Position numbers and translations under genes: made by a program
Assembly: GCA_964420455.1 (NCBI GenBank)
Contig: CAYQTO010000004.1
Coordinates: forward strand, 5,385-69,384
DNA length: 64,000 nt
Direction of reading: 5' to 3'
DNA from: an uncultured Candidatus Sumerlaeota bacterium
Lineage (GTDB): Bacteria > Sumerlaeota > Sumerlaeia > SLMS01
Notes under the pieces: model-generated
Databases searched by the model: none
The model's input: the letters and a program-made list of their open reading frames with translations, nothing else
Told to the model about the DNA's origin: nothing
Shown here: positions 20,501-28,418 of the stretch, piece after piece
Layout: the number at the start of each line of letters is the position of its first letter
Position numbering within the stretch: position 1 is the stretch's first letter

Positions 20501-20778
20501 GCTGCAACCGCCGGTTCCGGCCGGTGCTGATGACGACGACAACGACGGTCTTTGGATTGCTGCCAATGGCGATCGGGTTCGGCGACGGGGCGGAACTGCG
20601 CCAGGCGATGGCCATCACCGTTCTTGGCGGTCTGATCTCCTCAACGGTGCTAACGCTGGTGATCATCCCCGTTTGCCAAAGCTACCTCGATTCAGCCACC
20701 CAGCTGCTGGGCCGGTTGTTCCGGACGGCGGTTTCGGCAGCCCCCCCGGAGCCTTCCCTCGCCCCCGCAAAACGCTGA
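17596..20778 (+). CDS. RND-family efflux transporter (AcrB/HAE1-like inner-membrane component)
   Basis: About 1060 aa from MSLSSFAVNAPV... It has the 12-TM/2-large-loop RND pattern, e.g. GLALGTGMLVDNAIVVLENI and VMLGGIVVNNAIVLLD. Confidence 0.9.
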   Translation: MSLSSFAVNAPVKVSMIFLGVLLLGWISLSRLPTNLFPDIRAPKVTVTVTTNGLSPGEVERRINEVIERSLYSIRGVLDVQSIARADTAVIVVNFTWDSNLDYAFLEVKKAASDLERDRSDEIESISVLRYDPNAMPVVTAALRAPESIDLEDVYKTAERTLKPRFERLEGVANVVVTGGLEREIRIDLDEPLLLAYDLNVSTVVSAIQNDNSDATGGWVEEGPRRYLLKAAGEFRNIDDVRRVVVTRRGNSPILLGDVANVYFAPREPKSLVYLDGEAAVALAFYRSPESNTVAVAEAIRAEIENSARVLPDTWQMTVANDQSTFISAAIREVRNNAIIGGVLAIVVILLFLRDIISTLIVAIAIPISIVATFNLMYFQGLSLNLMTLGGLALGTGMLVDNAIVVLENIYRLLQTGRDRREAARLGVREVGGALVASTLTTVAVFLPIVFVRGVAGLLFQEQALTVAYSLLGSLVVALLLIPMLCAFFLNRRGTMISPGESFDVPRNPYTMILRLALRLRLLVVLAAAGSLYLVYVFVRDIPQEFLPATESDQVAVRVVLPNGTPIEATDDLVQSINGQLRRFEPALESVLSRVGEPEGVVNPNTQDPDGPNTADIFVRLFSGDEPTTAIIEQGLVGFSSSDLIAGLKPILDRVPDAKVEFRSNEGTLMDLVGSARAPLILEISGPELTTLKGLAEEAQRRLSSLPELRNVRTNILEGAPEVMIRLDKAQLSRLGLDVSGVGGILRQRIEGEVASQITQEAGDVDLRVQVDYGRESLDTLRNILIKSSTGALIRLEAVAEFEIVRAPREIVRRGQERVAFVLADLAPGLRLSEGIAAAQASVDDLPLPPRYLLRFTGEEEQRRDAFGDLAFALLLSIALVYMVMASIFESFIQPLLIMLTIPLAGLGVVAALLSTGQTFNVMSIIGIVMLGGIVVNNAIVLLDCVNQVRSSAREAGVGIDPTDSLVLGCNRRFRPVLMTTTTTVFGLLPMAIGFGDGAELRQAMAITVLGGLISSTVLTLVIIPVCQSYLDSATQLLGRLFRTAVSAAPPEPSLAPAKR

Positions 20779-20880
20779 GAATCAACCCTTTCCGTCATTT
20801 CGGCTTGCGGCGTCTCTTAGCCCGACTGTCAACTCCGTACACATCGGCTCATAATTGACTTCGTCACGGGATTCTGCCCC

Positions 20881-21195
20881 ATGGTCAAGGCAGACATCGT
20901 AAAGCGGCTGGCCAACAGCCTCTTTATGAAGGACAAGGACGCGCTGTTCGTCGTCGATTCCATACTCGACAGCATGAAGCATATCATCTTGACGGAGGGG
21001 CGCCTGGAGATTCGGGACTTTGGCGTTTTTCAGGTGAAGGAGCGCAAGCCCCGCATCGGCCGGAACCCCAAGAACAAAGTCGCCTACCCGATCCCGCCAC
21101 ACAAGGTCGTCACCTTCAAATCCGGCAAGGAGTTGAAGGACTTGCAACACGTCACCGCGGACGGCGATGGCGATGACGACGCGGAGGACGCCTGA
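20881..21195 (+). CDS. HU/IHF-family nucleoid-associated DNA-binding protein with acidic C-terminal tail
   Basis: 104 aa. Shows RLEIRDFGVFQVKERKPRIGRNPKNKVAYPIPPHKVVTFKSGKELK (beta-arm motif RNPKT-like). The tail is TADGDGDDDAEDA. Confidence 0.85.
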   Translation: MVKADIVKRLANSLFMKDKDALFVVDSILDSMKHIILTEGRLEIRDFGVFQVKERKPRIGRNPKNKVAYPIPPHKVVTFKSGKELKDLQHVTADGDGDDDAEDA

Positions 21196-21201
21196 ACGGG
21201 G

Positions 21202-22422
21202 CTAGCGAGACCGCAACCGCCGCACCAGCTCCGCCAGCCGCACCCACCCATCCTGGTCCCCAACCAACGACGAGGCATTGACCAGCAGCACCCCTCCGAC
21301 GTCTTCGAGGCTCCTCTCCATCGCCCGGTCCCACCCCTCGGCACCCAGGTCCACCGCCGCCCAGATGCTTCCGCTCGGTCGCACCCGCCTCGCCGCGGCA
21401 AGGCTGCCTTCGACGGATGCCCACCATGCGTAGCCAGCTTCCTCCGCCTCTGCGGCCGTCGTGAATCGCGGCTCCCAGAAGCCCAGAGCCACCGCATCCA
21501 CCAGATGCCCGGAGGCGGTGATGCCATAGTCGCGTGGGAGCCAGGGGAAGTCCGCCGCGAGATCGGCTTGGGGCAGGGCCCAGTTAAAGCCCTCACGCTG
21601 GTGGAAGGTATAGGGCGCATCAACGAGCAGCACTAGGCCCGGCGGCGCCCCGGACGGATGCGCCAATAGGGTCGCCTCCCGCACCCGCATCAGCCAGGTC
21701 CTGAGCAACGCCGCCCGCCACGCGGTCCACGCGGGCCACAGCGGCCCGGCCCCTTCGCCCCCTACAGGATGGAGCCGGGGGGCGGTGCCGAACACGTCCG
21801 CCGGCCACGAGCGAACGGATCGCCCCGACCAGGCAGCAAAATCCCGACGCGCGCCCGCCCCGGCATCCGAGGCCAAATCCCCAAAACCAGCGTTGGCCAG
21901 CACCAGCATATCCACCCCGGGATCGCGGAGTACCTCGCGGATGAGGGCGAGGGCCCGCCGTCTTGCCTCGTCCGAGGCGGGGGAGTACCACCGCACCCCG
22001 TCTGTCGTGGGAGGAGCGACCTCGTAGCCGTCTTCCGTCCAGATCGCGGACTGCCGGAGGTGCTCGCCGGGGGCATCGGGCGGTGCCAGCCAGGGGGAGA
22101 CGACGGCGGCCAGGAAAACCCCGGCCTCGCGGGCGTCCGCATACTTTTCCAAGCGGGGTGCAACCATCGTCCGTCCGTCCCCATCCTGCACCTCCACGGC
22201 AAGGTGGGTAATCCCCGCGACTCGCGCTGCGCGATAGAGTGCCTGTCGCATGGCAGGGTCGTTGGTCTGGGGGCCGAGGGTCTCCTCGTTGATCCAGAGC
22301 ACAGCGGGCGTATCGACGAGGGAGGGCGGCCGGGCGGCCGGTTCCGGGCCCAACGGGGCGACCGTCCTGCAGCCTGTGAGGCACGCGACGGTCACCGCCG
22401 CCAGCAGCCAGCGCCCCGTCAT
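21202..22422 (-). CDS. hypothetical lipoprotein (possibly TIM-barrel glycosyl-hydrolase-like)
   Basis: Trimmed to MTGRWLLAAVTVACLTGC (lipobox). An ATGA overlap joins it to the upstream C25-like gene. The family assignment is tentative. Confidence 0.55.
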   Translation of the reverse strand: MTGRWLLAAVTVACLTGCRTVAPLGPEPAARPPSLVDTPAVLWINEETLGPQTNDPAMRQALYRAARVAGITHLAVEVQDGDGRTMVAPRLEKYADAREAGVFLAAVVSPWLAPPDAPGEHLRQSAIWTEDGYEVAPPTTDGVRWYSPASDEARRRALALIREVLRDPGVDMLVLANAGFGDLASDAGAGARRDFAAWSGRSVRSWPADVFGTAPRLHPVGGEGAGPLWPAWTAWRAALLRTWLMRVREATLLAHPSGAPPGLVLLVDAPYTFHQREGFNWALPQADLAADFPWLPRDYGITASGHLVDAVALGFWEPRFTTAAEAEEAGYAWWASVEGSLAAARRVRPSGSIWAAVDLGAEGWDRAMERSLEDVGGVLLVNASSLVGDQDGWVRLAELVRRLRSR

Positions 22423-25400
22423 GGCGTCCCGTCGTCGTCTGTCGCCGAGGAGACACGCATGAGGCTGCCCTTGAGGGCGACGGCGAAGCTCGGGGCGAAG
22501 GTTTCCGCCTCCCGGGTTTCCTTGGGTGCCTTCCACTCGATCACTGCGGTCTCGCTCCCTTCGCCAGGAATCTCGTCCACGAGCACCTCGCCGATGAACG
22601 TCTCGTCGTTCTGCTCCGGAGCGGAGTAGAAGTAGACGGCAACGCGCCGGGCGGGGGTCTGGCCGAGATTTCGGACGGTCCCCCGGAGCACCACCGTGCC
22701 CGGGTCGCGACCTGGCTCGGCGACGAGACCTCCGAGGGCCAGGCGGCTCTTGGTGCGGACCTTCATCGGGATGAACGCCCTTTGGTTGGATCGGTCACGA
22801 TCCGGCCGCTGGAGCTTCGGGTCGATCTCGAGGGCAATCTCGTACTCCCCCGCATTGTCCACTGGGTCCCACCGAAGGGTGACAAGGCGCGATTCGCCAG
22901 GTAGCAACGGGGCGATGGTGGTGGCCTGGCGGGCGGTAAGGTCCCGGAGGGTGCGCCGCCCGCCGCCGTCGTCGCGAAAAAGCGTCGCGTCCACCGGCTC
23001 GGAAATCGTCTCCCCACGGTTCTCGACCACCGCGTCGACGAACACCGTCACGCCATCGCTGTGGGGCTGCGGTCGCGTGGTGATCTCGCCGGTGAGAGCC
23101 ACATCGGGAAGTCGCGACCGCTCGAAAACCGGGATCGATTCGCTCACGAGGGCGGATTGCCTGTCCGACGACCAGCCGCCCTCGAACTCCACAACCGCGG
23201 TCCGTAACGTTTCCCGGTCAACCTCGCCCGCAACGGAGATCGATCGCGACACACCGCTCATCAGCTGCACCGGGCCAAAGGTCTGGGTTCCTTTCATCTC
23301 GCCGTCGACAATCAGGCGCAGCGTCCCGGTGGTGTCGAGGGTCTCCGGTGAGATGTTGGCCACATGGATTTCTCCCCGGGCCCGGCGGCCTTCCACCGCG
23401 GGAAGAACCAGCGAGGGTCGACTCTTGTCGACGACCAGGCCGCCCCCATCGTCCGTGACCACGGCATGGGTCGTGGCGCGTCGGCTCGGCAGCTGCGCAC
23501 CAAGAAAGACCCCGCTGTCCGAGGGGAGTTCGTGCGTGATGGTGAACAGGCCGGCGGAGGTCGGGGACCAGGCGAACCGTTCAAGCAAGGCGGTTCGCGG
23601 GCCCACGCGAACTGGGCGCTCATCCGTATAGACGGTGTTTCCATTCCCGTCGCGCACCGTCGTCACAAGGCGGTCCGCCGCCGGACGACCATCGTCATTC
23701 TGGAGGAGGACGGAGACCTCGACGGGTTGGCCGGCCAGTTGGATTGTCCCCCCGATAACGTTCACTTCCCGGATCAGCAGGGGAACCGCCCCGGCGTCGG
23801 GATCCGGCAGCGCTTCGGCCCCGTCGCCCACCGGCGCGGGTGGGAACCGCAGGGTTGGATCCCCAAGCAGTAGAAACATCCGCGAGTGGTCGTCCGGGCC
23901 AATCTCCGCCTGATAGGCCAGGCGGACCAACTCCGCCAGGACGCCATGATGGCGCACGCCGAGGAGCGAACGCGCCCGGTAAAACGCATCGGCGAGGACA
24001 CTGTGACGGGTGACGTACCCCGGGCCGGAGGGCATGAAGCAGGCCACCGCACCGGACCCTTCGTGCCGGAGGAAGTCTTCCGCCAACGAGATGTTCCAGG
24101 GCTCGAGCGGATAATCGATCACCGCGTTGTTGCAGGTGAACGAGGCGACGAAGGAGAGGCGCCCGTTCGGTTCGAGACGGATCAGGTCGCTGTTGGGCGT
24201 GCCGCCCCCAAACCAGAACCGATGATTGCTCCAAAGGTTCGGCGCCCCGTGGCCGAAGAAGGCCACGGTTCCGGTACCCTCATTGAAAGCGGACTCGATG
24301 GCCGCGGTCATGAGGGGACTAACCTTGGAATCCTCCACGCGCCGGATGCGGTCCGGCGGGAGATAGTAGTTGTCCTCCCAGGGAAAGGAATCGGCAAGGA
24401 GCACCTCGTGGGGCGCGCCGGGTTGGAGGTTCTCGATGATTCCCGGTTCGAGGGCGGGAGCGAATTCGCGCGTGTCGAAGATGGTAAGGATGCGCTGGGG
24501 CCAGGATGCCGGGACATCCTGGCCTTGTCTATACATGAGGACGTTCGCCGCCGCCGCCCGCGCGTCCTCCACGGAATGGGCGGAGATCCGCCCGACCACA
24601 AGGTCTGCCACCTCGTCCTCGCCCACGAGCCAGCTGTAGACAGAGTCGGTGGAGAACTGGTCGCCGGAGGCGCTCAGGGTGGATTCCACGAGGGGGATCG
24701 GGATGTCGTTGGGGAGGCCAAGGCGCGCCACGTCGCGGCCGTCGCTCGTTGCATCACCCAGCAGCAGGACCGCCTCCGGGCGCCGGCCCGTCCAGTCGTT
24801 CACGGCGAAGGCCAGATAGTTCCGGATCCCCTCCCAGGACGTCTCGCCGTGGGAAAAGGAGGCATAGACGGAGTCGACGGGAGTGCTCGCCACAACATAT
24901 CCGTCTGTCTCCATGGAGGCTGCAAGCTCCCTGGCGACTTCCTCGAAACGCGGATGATAGAGGACGATGGCGTCGGCACCGCGGTTGGGATCGTCGAGGG
25001 AAAGATAGGCGGCCGGGATGGGGGATGGTGCGCGGTCGATACGGCGGGTCTCGGCGGCAAGCCACACGCCAGCGGGATCGAGAGTTCCCGCGAGGACGAG
25101 GCGCCCCCGTTCGACCTCGGCAGGAAAGCGCGCGGGAAGGTCCGGGTTGGTCAGGTCCAGCGCGAGGACTTCCCCCCGCAGCCCCGTCAGCGCGAGAGCC
25201 TGCGCGCCCCGGTATTCCGGATTTCGCCGCCCTTCAAGGCGTACCACTCCATCCTTCGCCTGGAGGATGCCGGCGTATTCGATCTCGGCATGGTCCAGAT
25301 AGACGCGGCCACGCGCGCCATCGGAAGACTCCGCGGCCGTGCCCCCAATCCGAAGCTGCAGGCTGTTGCGGGCGGCGCGGAGGATCGCCGTCGGCAGGTC

Positions 25401-26696
25401 CACCGTATAGACGGTCTCCCGTGGCAGGAGCTGCAACTCCTCCAGTGTTTGCCCATTAAGCGTCGGCGCGAGCGTGGCTCCCCCGGGGGGTGGCTGTTCG
25501 TAATGCAGCGTGATGGTTGCTGTGGTGGTGGCGTCGCCGTCGCGGGGGACAAAGCCCGGCAGGTCGAACTCCACATTGACCGGCTCGAGCGGCGCCAGCG
25601 CCTTCCAAAGCCAGCGCATGTTGCGGATGGAAAGAAAGGCGCCGAGTTCCTTGAGGAATTCGTTGTCTTCTTCGAGGAGCACGGCGCGGCGGGCAAAAGC
25701 CGTGGGCGCGGGCGCCTCGTTGACGGGAGGAGCGACCCATGGCTCCGGACCTCCGCCTCCCGCCCGGCCCCCGAGGTAGTACACCCGGACCCGGGTCTCC
25801 GGGGAATCGTTGGCCTGAGCGTGGAAGACAAGCCGTGCCCCGTCGCCAAAGCCACCCTCCATCTCTCCCACACGAAACAGCGGAACACGGGTGCCGCGGG
25901 AGTAGAGGACAAGGTTGGCAGGGTCGATGGCGTCCGGGTCCAGGCCGGCCTCTGTCAGCCACGCAGCATCGATCGCCACGAGGCCGTCCTGTTCGATGCC
26001 GAGGCGCTGCCAGGGGATCAGTGGAGAGTCTTCCGGCCGCGGCTGCCATTGTGTGGGGCCTGGAAACGGATTGGGAGGCGGCGGCCTGAGGTGCGGGCGC
26101 CATGCCTCGGGGGAGGGGGCCGCAACGAGTCGCGACGCGATCCTTGGAAACAGGCGGTCGCCTAGCACAGGAGGGGTTAGGATCGTCTCGTTCGACGGGA
26201 CGGGGTCATGCCTCACATGGATCGTGTAGGAGGCGTATTCGAAGGACTCGTTGCCGACCGTAATGGAGCGGCGGGAGTCGACCGACAGTTTGGCAAGTGG
26301 CAGAGAGCGGAGCCAACCCATGGGCTCCAGGGTGACCGCGCGGCGGAAAGGGACGAGAACCGAGGGGATGAGGGCCTCGCCGTCCTCGATCGCAGGGCGC
26401 TCCTCGCCGGTCAGGCGATGGCGGAGAACAAGTTCACGAACCTCAAAGTCCAGTTCGCCCGGCGGGGCCGGAAAAACGAAGGTCTCCTTTTCCCGGTGCC
26501 GTGGGTCGAGCGCCTTGCGGATTTCGATCGAGGTGGGTGTCACCCGGACGAAGTCCGCTGGCGAAAGAACCGTCAGCGCGGGCCGTCCCTCGAACAGCGG
26601 CTCCGGGGGCGGCGCAACCACCGTCGTCCGGCGACAACCGGCGAGCAGGGCCACAAGGACAAGAGGTAGGAGCAGGAGGAGACGCGTCATACGCAT
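22419..26696 (-). CDS. giant lipoprotein with a peptidase C25 (gingipain/clan CD)-like domain and C-terminal CARDB/Ig-like repeats
   Basis: Trimmed to MRMTRLLLLLPLVLVALLAGC. C25-like blocks: VLLLGDATSDGRD...IPIPL...SDQFSTDSVY...ADLVVGRISAHSVEDA, then the His/Cys dyad context AFFGHGAPNLW ... FVASFTCNNAV. Confidence 0.75.
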   Translation of the reverse strand: MRMTRLLLLLPLVLVALLAGCRRTTVVAPPPEPLFEGRPALTVLSPADFVRVTPTSIEIRKALDPRHREKETFVFPAPPGELDFEVRELVLRHRLTGEERPAIEDGEALIPSVLVPFRRAVTLEPMGWLRSLPLAKLSVDSRRSITVGNESFEYASYTIHVRHDPVPSNETILTPPVLGDRLFPRIASRLVAAPSPEAWRPHLRPPPPNPFPGPTQWQPRPEDSPLIPWQRLGIEQDGLVAIDAAWLTEAGLDPDAIDPANLVLYSRGTRVPLFRVGEMEGGFGDGARLVFHAQANDSPETRVRVYYLGGRAGGGGPEPWVAPPVNEAPAPTAFARRAVLLEEDNEFLKELGAFLSIRNMRWLWKALAPLEPVNVEFDLPGFVPRDGDATTTATITLHYEQPPPGGATLAPTLNGQTLEELQLLPRETVYTVDLPTAILRAARNSLQLRIGGTAAESSDGARGRVYLDHAEIEYAGILQAKDGVVRLEGRRNPEYRGAQALALTGLRGEVLALDLTNPDLPARFPAEVERGRLVLAGTLDPAGVWLAAETRRIDRAPSPIPAAYLSLDDPNRGADAIVLYHPRFEEVARELAASMETDGYVVASTPVDSVYASFSHGETSWEGIRNYLAFAVNDWTGRRPEAVLLLGDATSDGRDVARLGLPNDIPIPLVESTLSASGDQFSTDSVYSWLVGEDEVADLVVGRISAHSVEDARAAAANVLMYRQGQDVPASWPQRILTIFDTREFAPALEPGIIENLQPGAPHEVLLADSFPWEDNYYLPPDRIRRVEDSKVSPLMTAAIESAFNEGTGTVAFFGHGAPNLWSNHRFWFGGGTPNSDLIRLEPNGRLSFVASFTCNNAVIDYPLEPWNISLAEDFLRHEGSGAVACFMPSGPGYVTRHSVLADAFYRARSLLGVRHHGVLAELVRLAYQAEIGPDDHSRMFLLLGDPTLRFPPAPVGDGAEALPDPDAGAVPLLIREVNVIGGTIQLAGQPVEVSVLLQNDDGRPAADRLVTTVRDGNGNTVYTDERPVRVGPRTALLERFAWSPTSAGLFTITHELPSDSGVFLGAQLPSRRATTHAVVTDDGGGLVVDKSRPSLVLPAVEGRRARGEIHVANISPETLDTTGTLRLIVDGEMKGTQTFGPVQLMSGVSRSISVAGEVDRETLRTAVVEFEGGWSSDRQSALVSESIPVFERSRLPDVALTGEITTRPQPHSDGVTVFVDAVVENRGETISEPVDATLFRDDGGGRRTLRDLTARQATTIAPLLPGESRLVTLRWDPVDNAGEYEIALEIDPKLQRPDRDRSNQRAFIPMKVRTKSRLALGGLVAEPGRDPGTVVLRGTVRNLGQTPARRVAVYFYSAPEQNDETFIGEVLVDEIPGEGSETAVIEWKAPKETREAETFAPSFAVALKGSLMRVSSATDDDGTP

Positions 26697-26723
26697 GGCC
26701 GGAGAGTATAGGGCGGTGCTACC

Positions 26724-26736
26724 GCAGTGACCGCAA
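26724..26736 (-). promoter_or_regulatory. TTGCGGTCACTGC box 27 nt upstream of the C25-like gene start (variant of the TTGCGTCACTG box)
   Basis: The minus strand reads TTGCGGTCACTGC, followed by ggtagcaccgccctatactctccggcc and then ATG (26696). It differs by one extra G from the boxes at 28215 and 57660. Confidence 0.3.
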
Positions 26737-26809
26737 GCGCCAACGTAAGGGCTCATCGCGTCTCAGAAGACACACGGTGAACGGCTGGGGTTTATCCGCG
26801 GGGGAGCGA

Positions 26810-28102
26810 TCAGGCGGTCGAAAGCATGTCCATCGAGCGGGAGACTTTCTCGATAGCTTCCAGGGCCTGCTCGAGCTGGGCACGCGCATGGGTCGCCATG
26901 ACGCTGAGCCGGATCAGCGACCGGGTGGAGGGCGTCGCCGGAGGGACGACCGGGTTGACGAACACACCCGCATCATGGAGTGCCCGCCAGAAACGGAAGC
27001 AGTCCTCGACGGATCCAATAACCAGAGGAATGATCGGCGACTGGGAGGCACCGGTATCGAGCCCCATCCCCTTGAGTTCGTGATGAAGAAACCGGGTATT
27101 TTCCCAGAGACGCTGGATACGTTCGGGCTCGCTGATCATGATTTCAATGGCGGCCCGGGCGGCGGCGACACAGGCGGGGGCCATCGAGGCGGAGAAAATC
27201 AACGCGCGGGCGTGGTGCTTCAGATAGTCGATCACGTCGCGGTCGGCGGCGACGAACCCGCCGATGGAGGCGAGGGACTTTGAGAAGGTCCCCCCGATCA
27301 AGTCCACCTGATCGCTGAGGCCAAAGTGATCCGCCGTGCCGTTGCCGGTCCGACCGAGAACGCCGATCGAATGCGCGTCGTCGACGAGGATCGCCGCCCG
27401 GTGCTTTTGGGCCACCTCCACAATCTCCGGAAGGCAGACGATGTCTCCCTCCATCGAGTAGACGCCGTCCACGACCACCATCTTCCCGCCGGAGGGGGCC
27501 TTCGCCATCATACGGTCCAAATCCTGGGCATCATTGTGCTGAAACTTGTGGACCTTGCCAAAGCCCAGGCGCGCTGCATCCACGATCGACGCGTGGTCCG
27601 TCCGATCGATAAAGAGGTGGTCCTCCCGGGAGGCCAGCGCGGCAATGGCTCCAAGGTTTGCCTGGTAGCCGGTTGTGAAGACAAGGGCGGCATCCTTTTC
27701 CATCAGGTCCGCGATCATCTCCTCCAGCTCGACGTGGATGCTCAGGGTACCGTTCAGGAACCGGGACCCGGCACAGCCGCTCCCGTACTCGTCGACGGCC
27801 CGCTTCGTGGCTTCCTTGATGCGCGGATCGTTCGTCAGGCCGAGGTAGCTGTTCGACCCCATCATGAGCATTGGCCGACCATCGATGACGACCTCGGTGT
27901 CCTGGGCCGATTCGATCGTGCGGAAGTACGGATACAGGCCGAGCGACCGCATCTCCTCCGCCCGGGTGAAACGGGCGCACTTCTCCAGAATCGGCGAGGT
28001 CGCCGCAGACTTTCCAACGGCTGCCGGGGTTACTTCGCCCTCCCAACGGGAATCGATAAACGAGGATCCGTTGTCGTTGGTCCCGTTGAGAATCTGACTC
28101 AT
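26810..28102 (-). CDS. PLP-dependent alpha-oxoamine synthase, serine-palmitoyltransferase-like
   Basis: 430 aa. Shows GSNSYLGL, DGVYSMEGD, VDDAHSIGVLG and the PLP-lysine block GGTFSKSLASIGGFVA. LIFSASMAP and the C-terminal PPATP... resemble bacterial SPT more than BioF/Kbl, judged from recalled sequences. Confidence 0.8.
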   Translation of the reverse strand: MSQILNGTNDNGSSFIDSRWEGEVTPAAVGKSAATSPILEKCARFTRAEEMRSLGLYPYFRTIESAQDTEVVIDGRPMLMMGSNSYLGLTNDPRIKEATKRAVDEYGSGCAGSRFLNGTLSIHVELEEMIADLMEKDAALVFTTGYQANLGAIAALASREDHLFIDRTDHASIVDAARLGFGKVHKFQHNDAQDLDRMMAKAPSGGKMVVVDGVYSMEGDIVCLPEIVEVAQKHRAAILVDDAHSIGVLGRTGNGTADHFGLSDQVDLIGGTFSKSLASIGGFVAADRDVIDYLKHHARALIFSASMAPACVAAARAAIEIMISEPERIQRLWENTRFLHHELKGMGLDTGASQSPIIPLVIGSVEDCFRFWRALHDAGVFVNPVVPPATPSTRSLIRLSVMATHARAQLEQALEAIEKVSRSMDMLSTA

Positions 28103-28204
28103 GAAAAAACAACCTTGTGGGTGGATTCGCCGGTTCGTTCAGCGGGGGTCGCCAGCGATCGGGTCTCTGCTTCGGTAAAACTCCACAACAGCGTTCCCTC
28201 TGAA

Positions 28205-28225
28205 TCCAGCGACTTTGCGTCACTG
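28205..28225 (+). promoter_or_regulatory. conserved intergenic box TCCAGCGACTTTGCGTCACTG (18/21 identical to 57650..57670)
   Basis: Direct comparison of two intergenic regions. The 11-mer TTGCGTCACTG is identical in both. Confidence 0.35.
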
Positions 28226-28418
28226 TCAAACCCTAACTGGTGCATCTTGGCCCAATGCGGTCTTGGTGGATACGCCGTGCACATTGGTCTCTCCCTACAG
28301 CCAACGAACCCAATGATGCAAGGTTTCCCGGCAGGGATCCGAATCAGGGGGTTGAGGAGGAGAGGATGGCCGGGCGCCAATTGTATCTCTCAACGCCTCA
28401 CTTGCCCTCGCCCCGACC

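Noticed and set aside
28103-28418. A search for a canonical sigma-54 promoter (TGGCAC-N5-TTGC) for the SPT-like gene or the activator gene in their 316-bp divergent region.
   Set aside because: The only GG/GC-containing candidates (TGGTGCATCTTGGCC, TGGCGACCCCCGCTG) have the wrong spacing or lack the -12 element.
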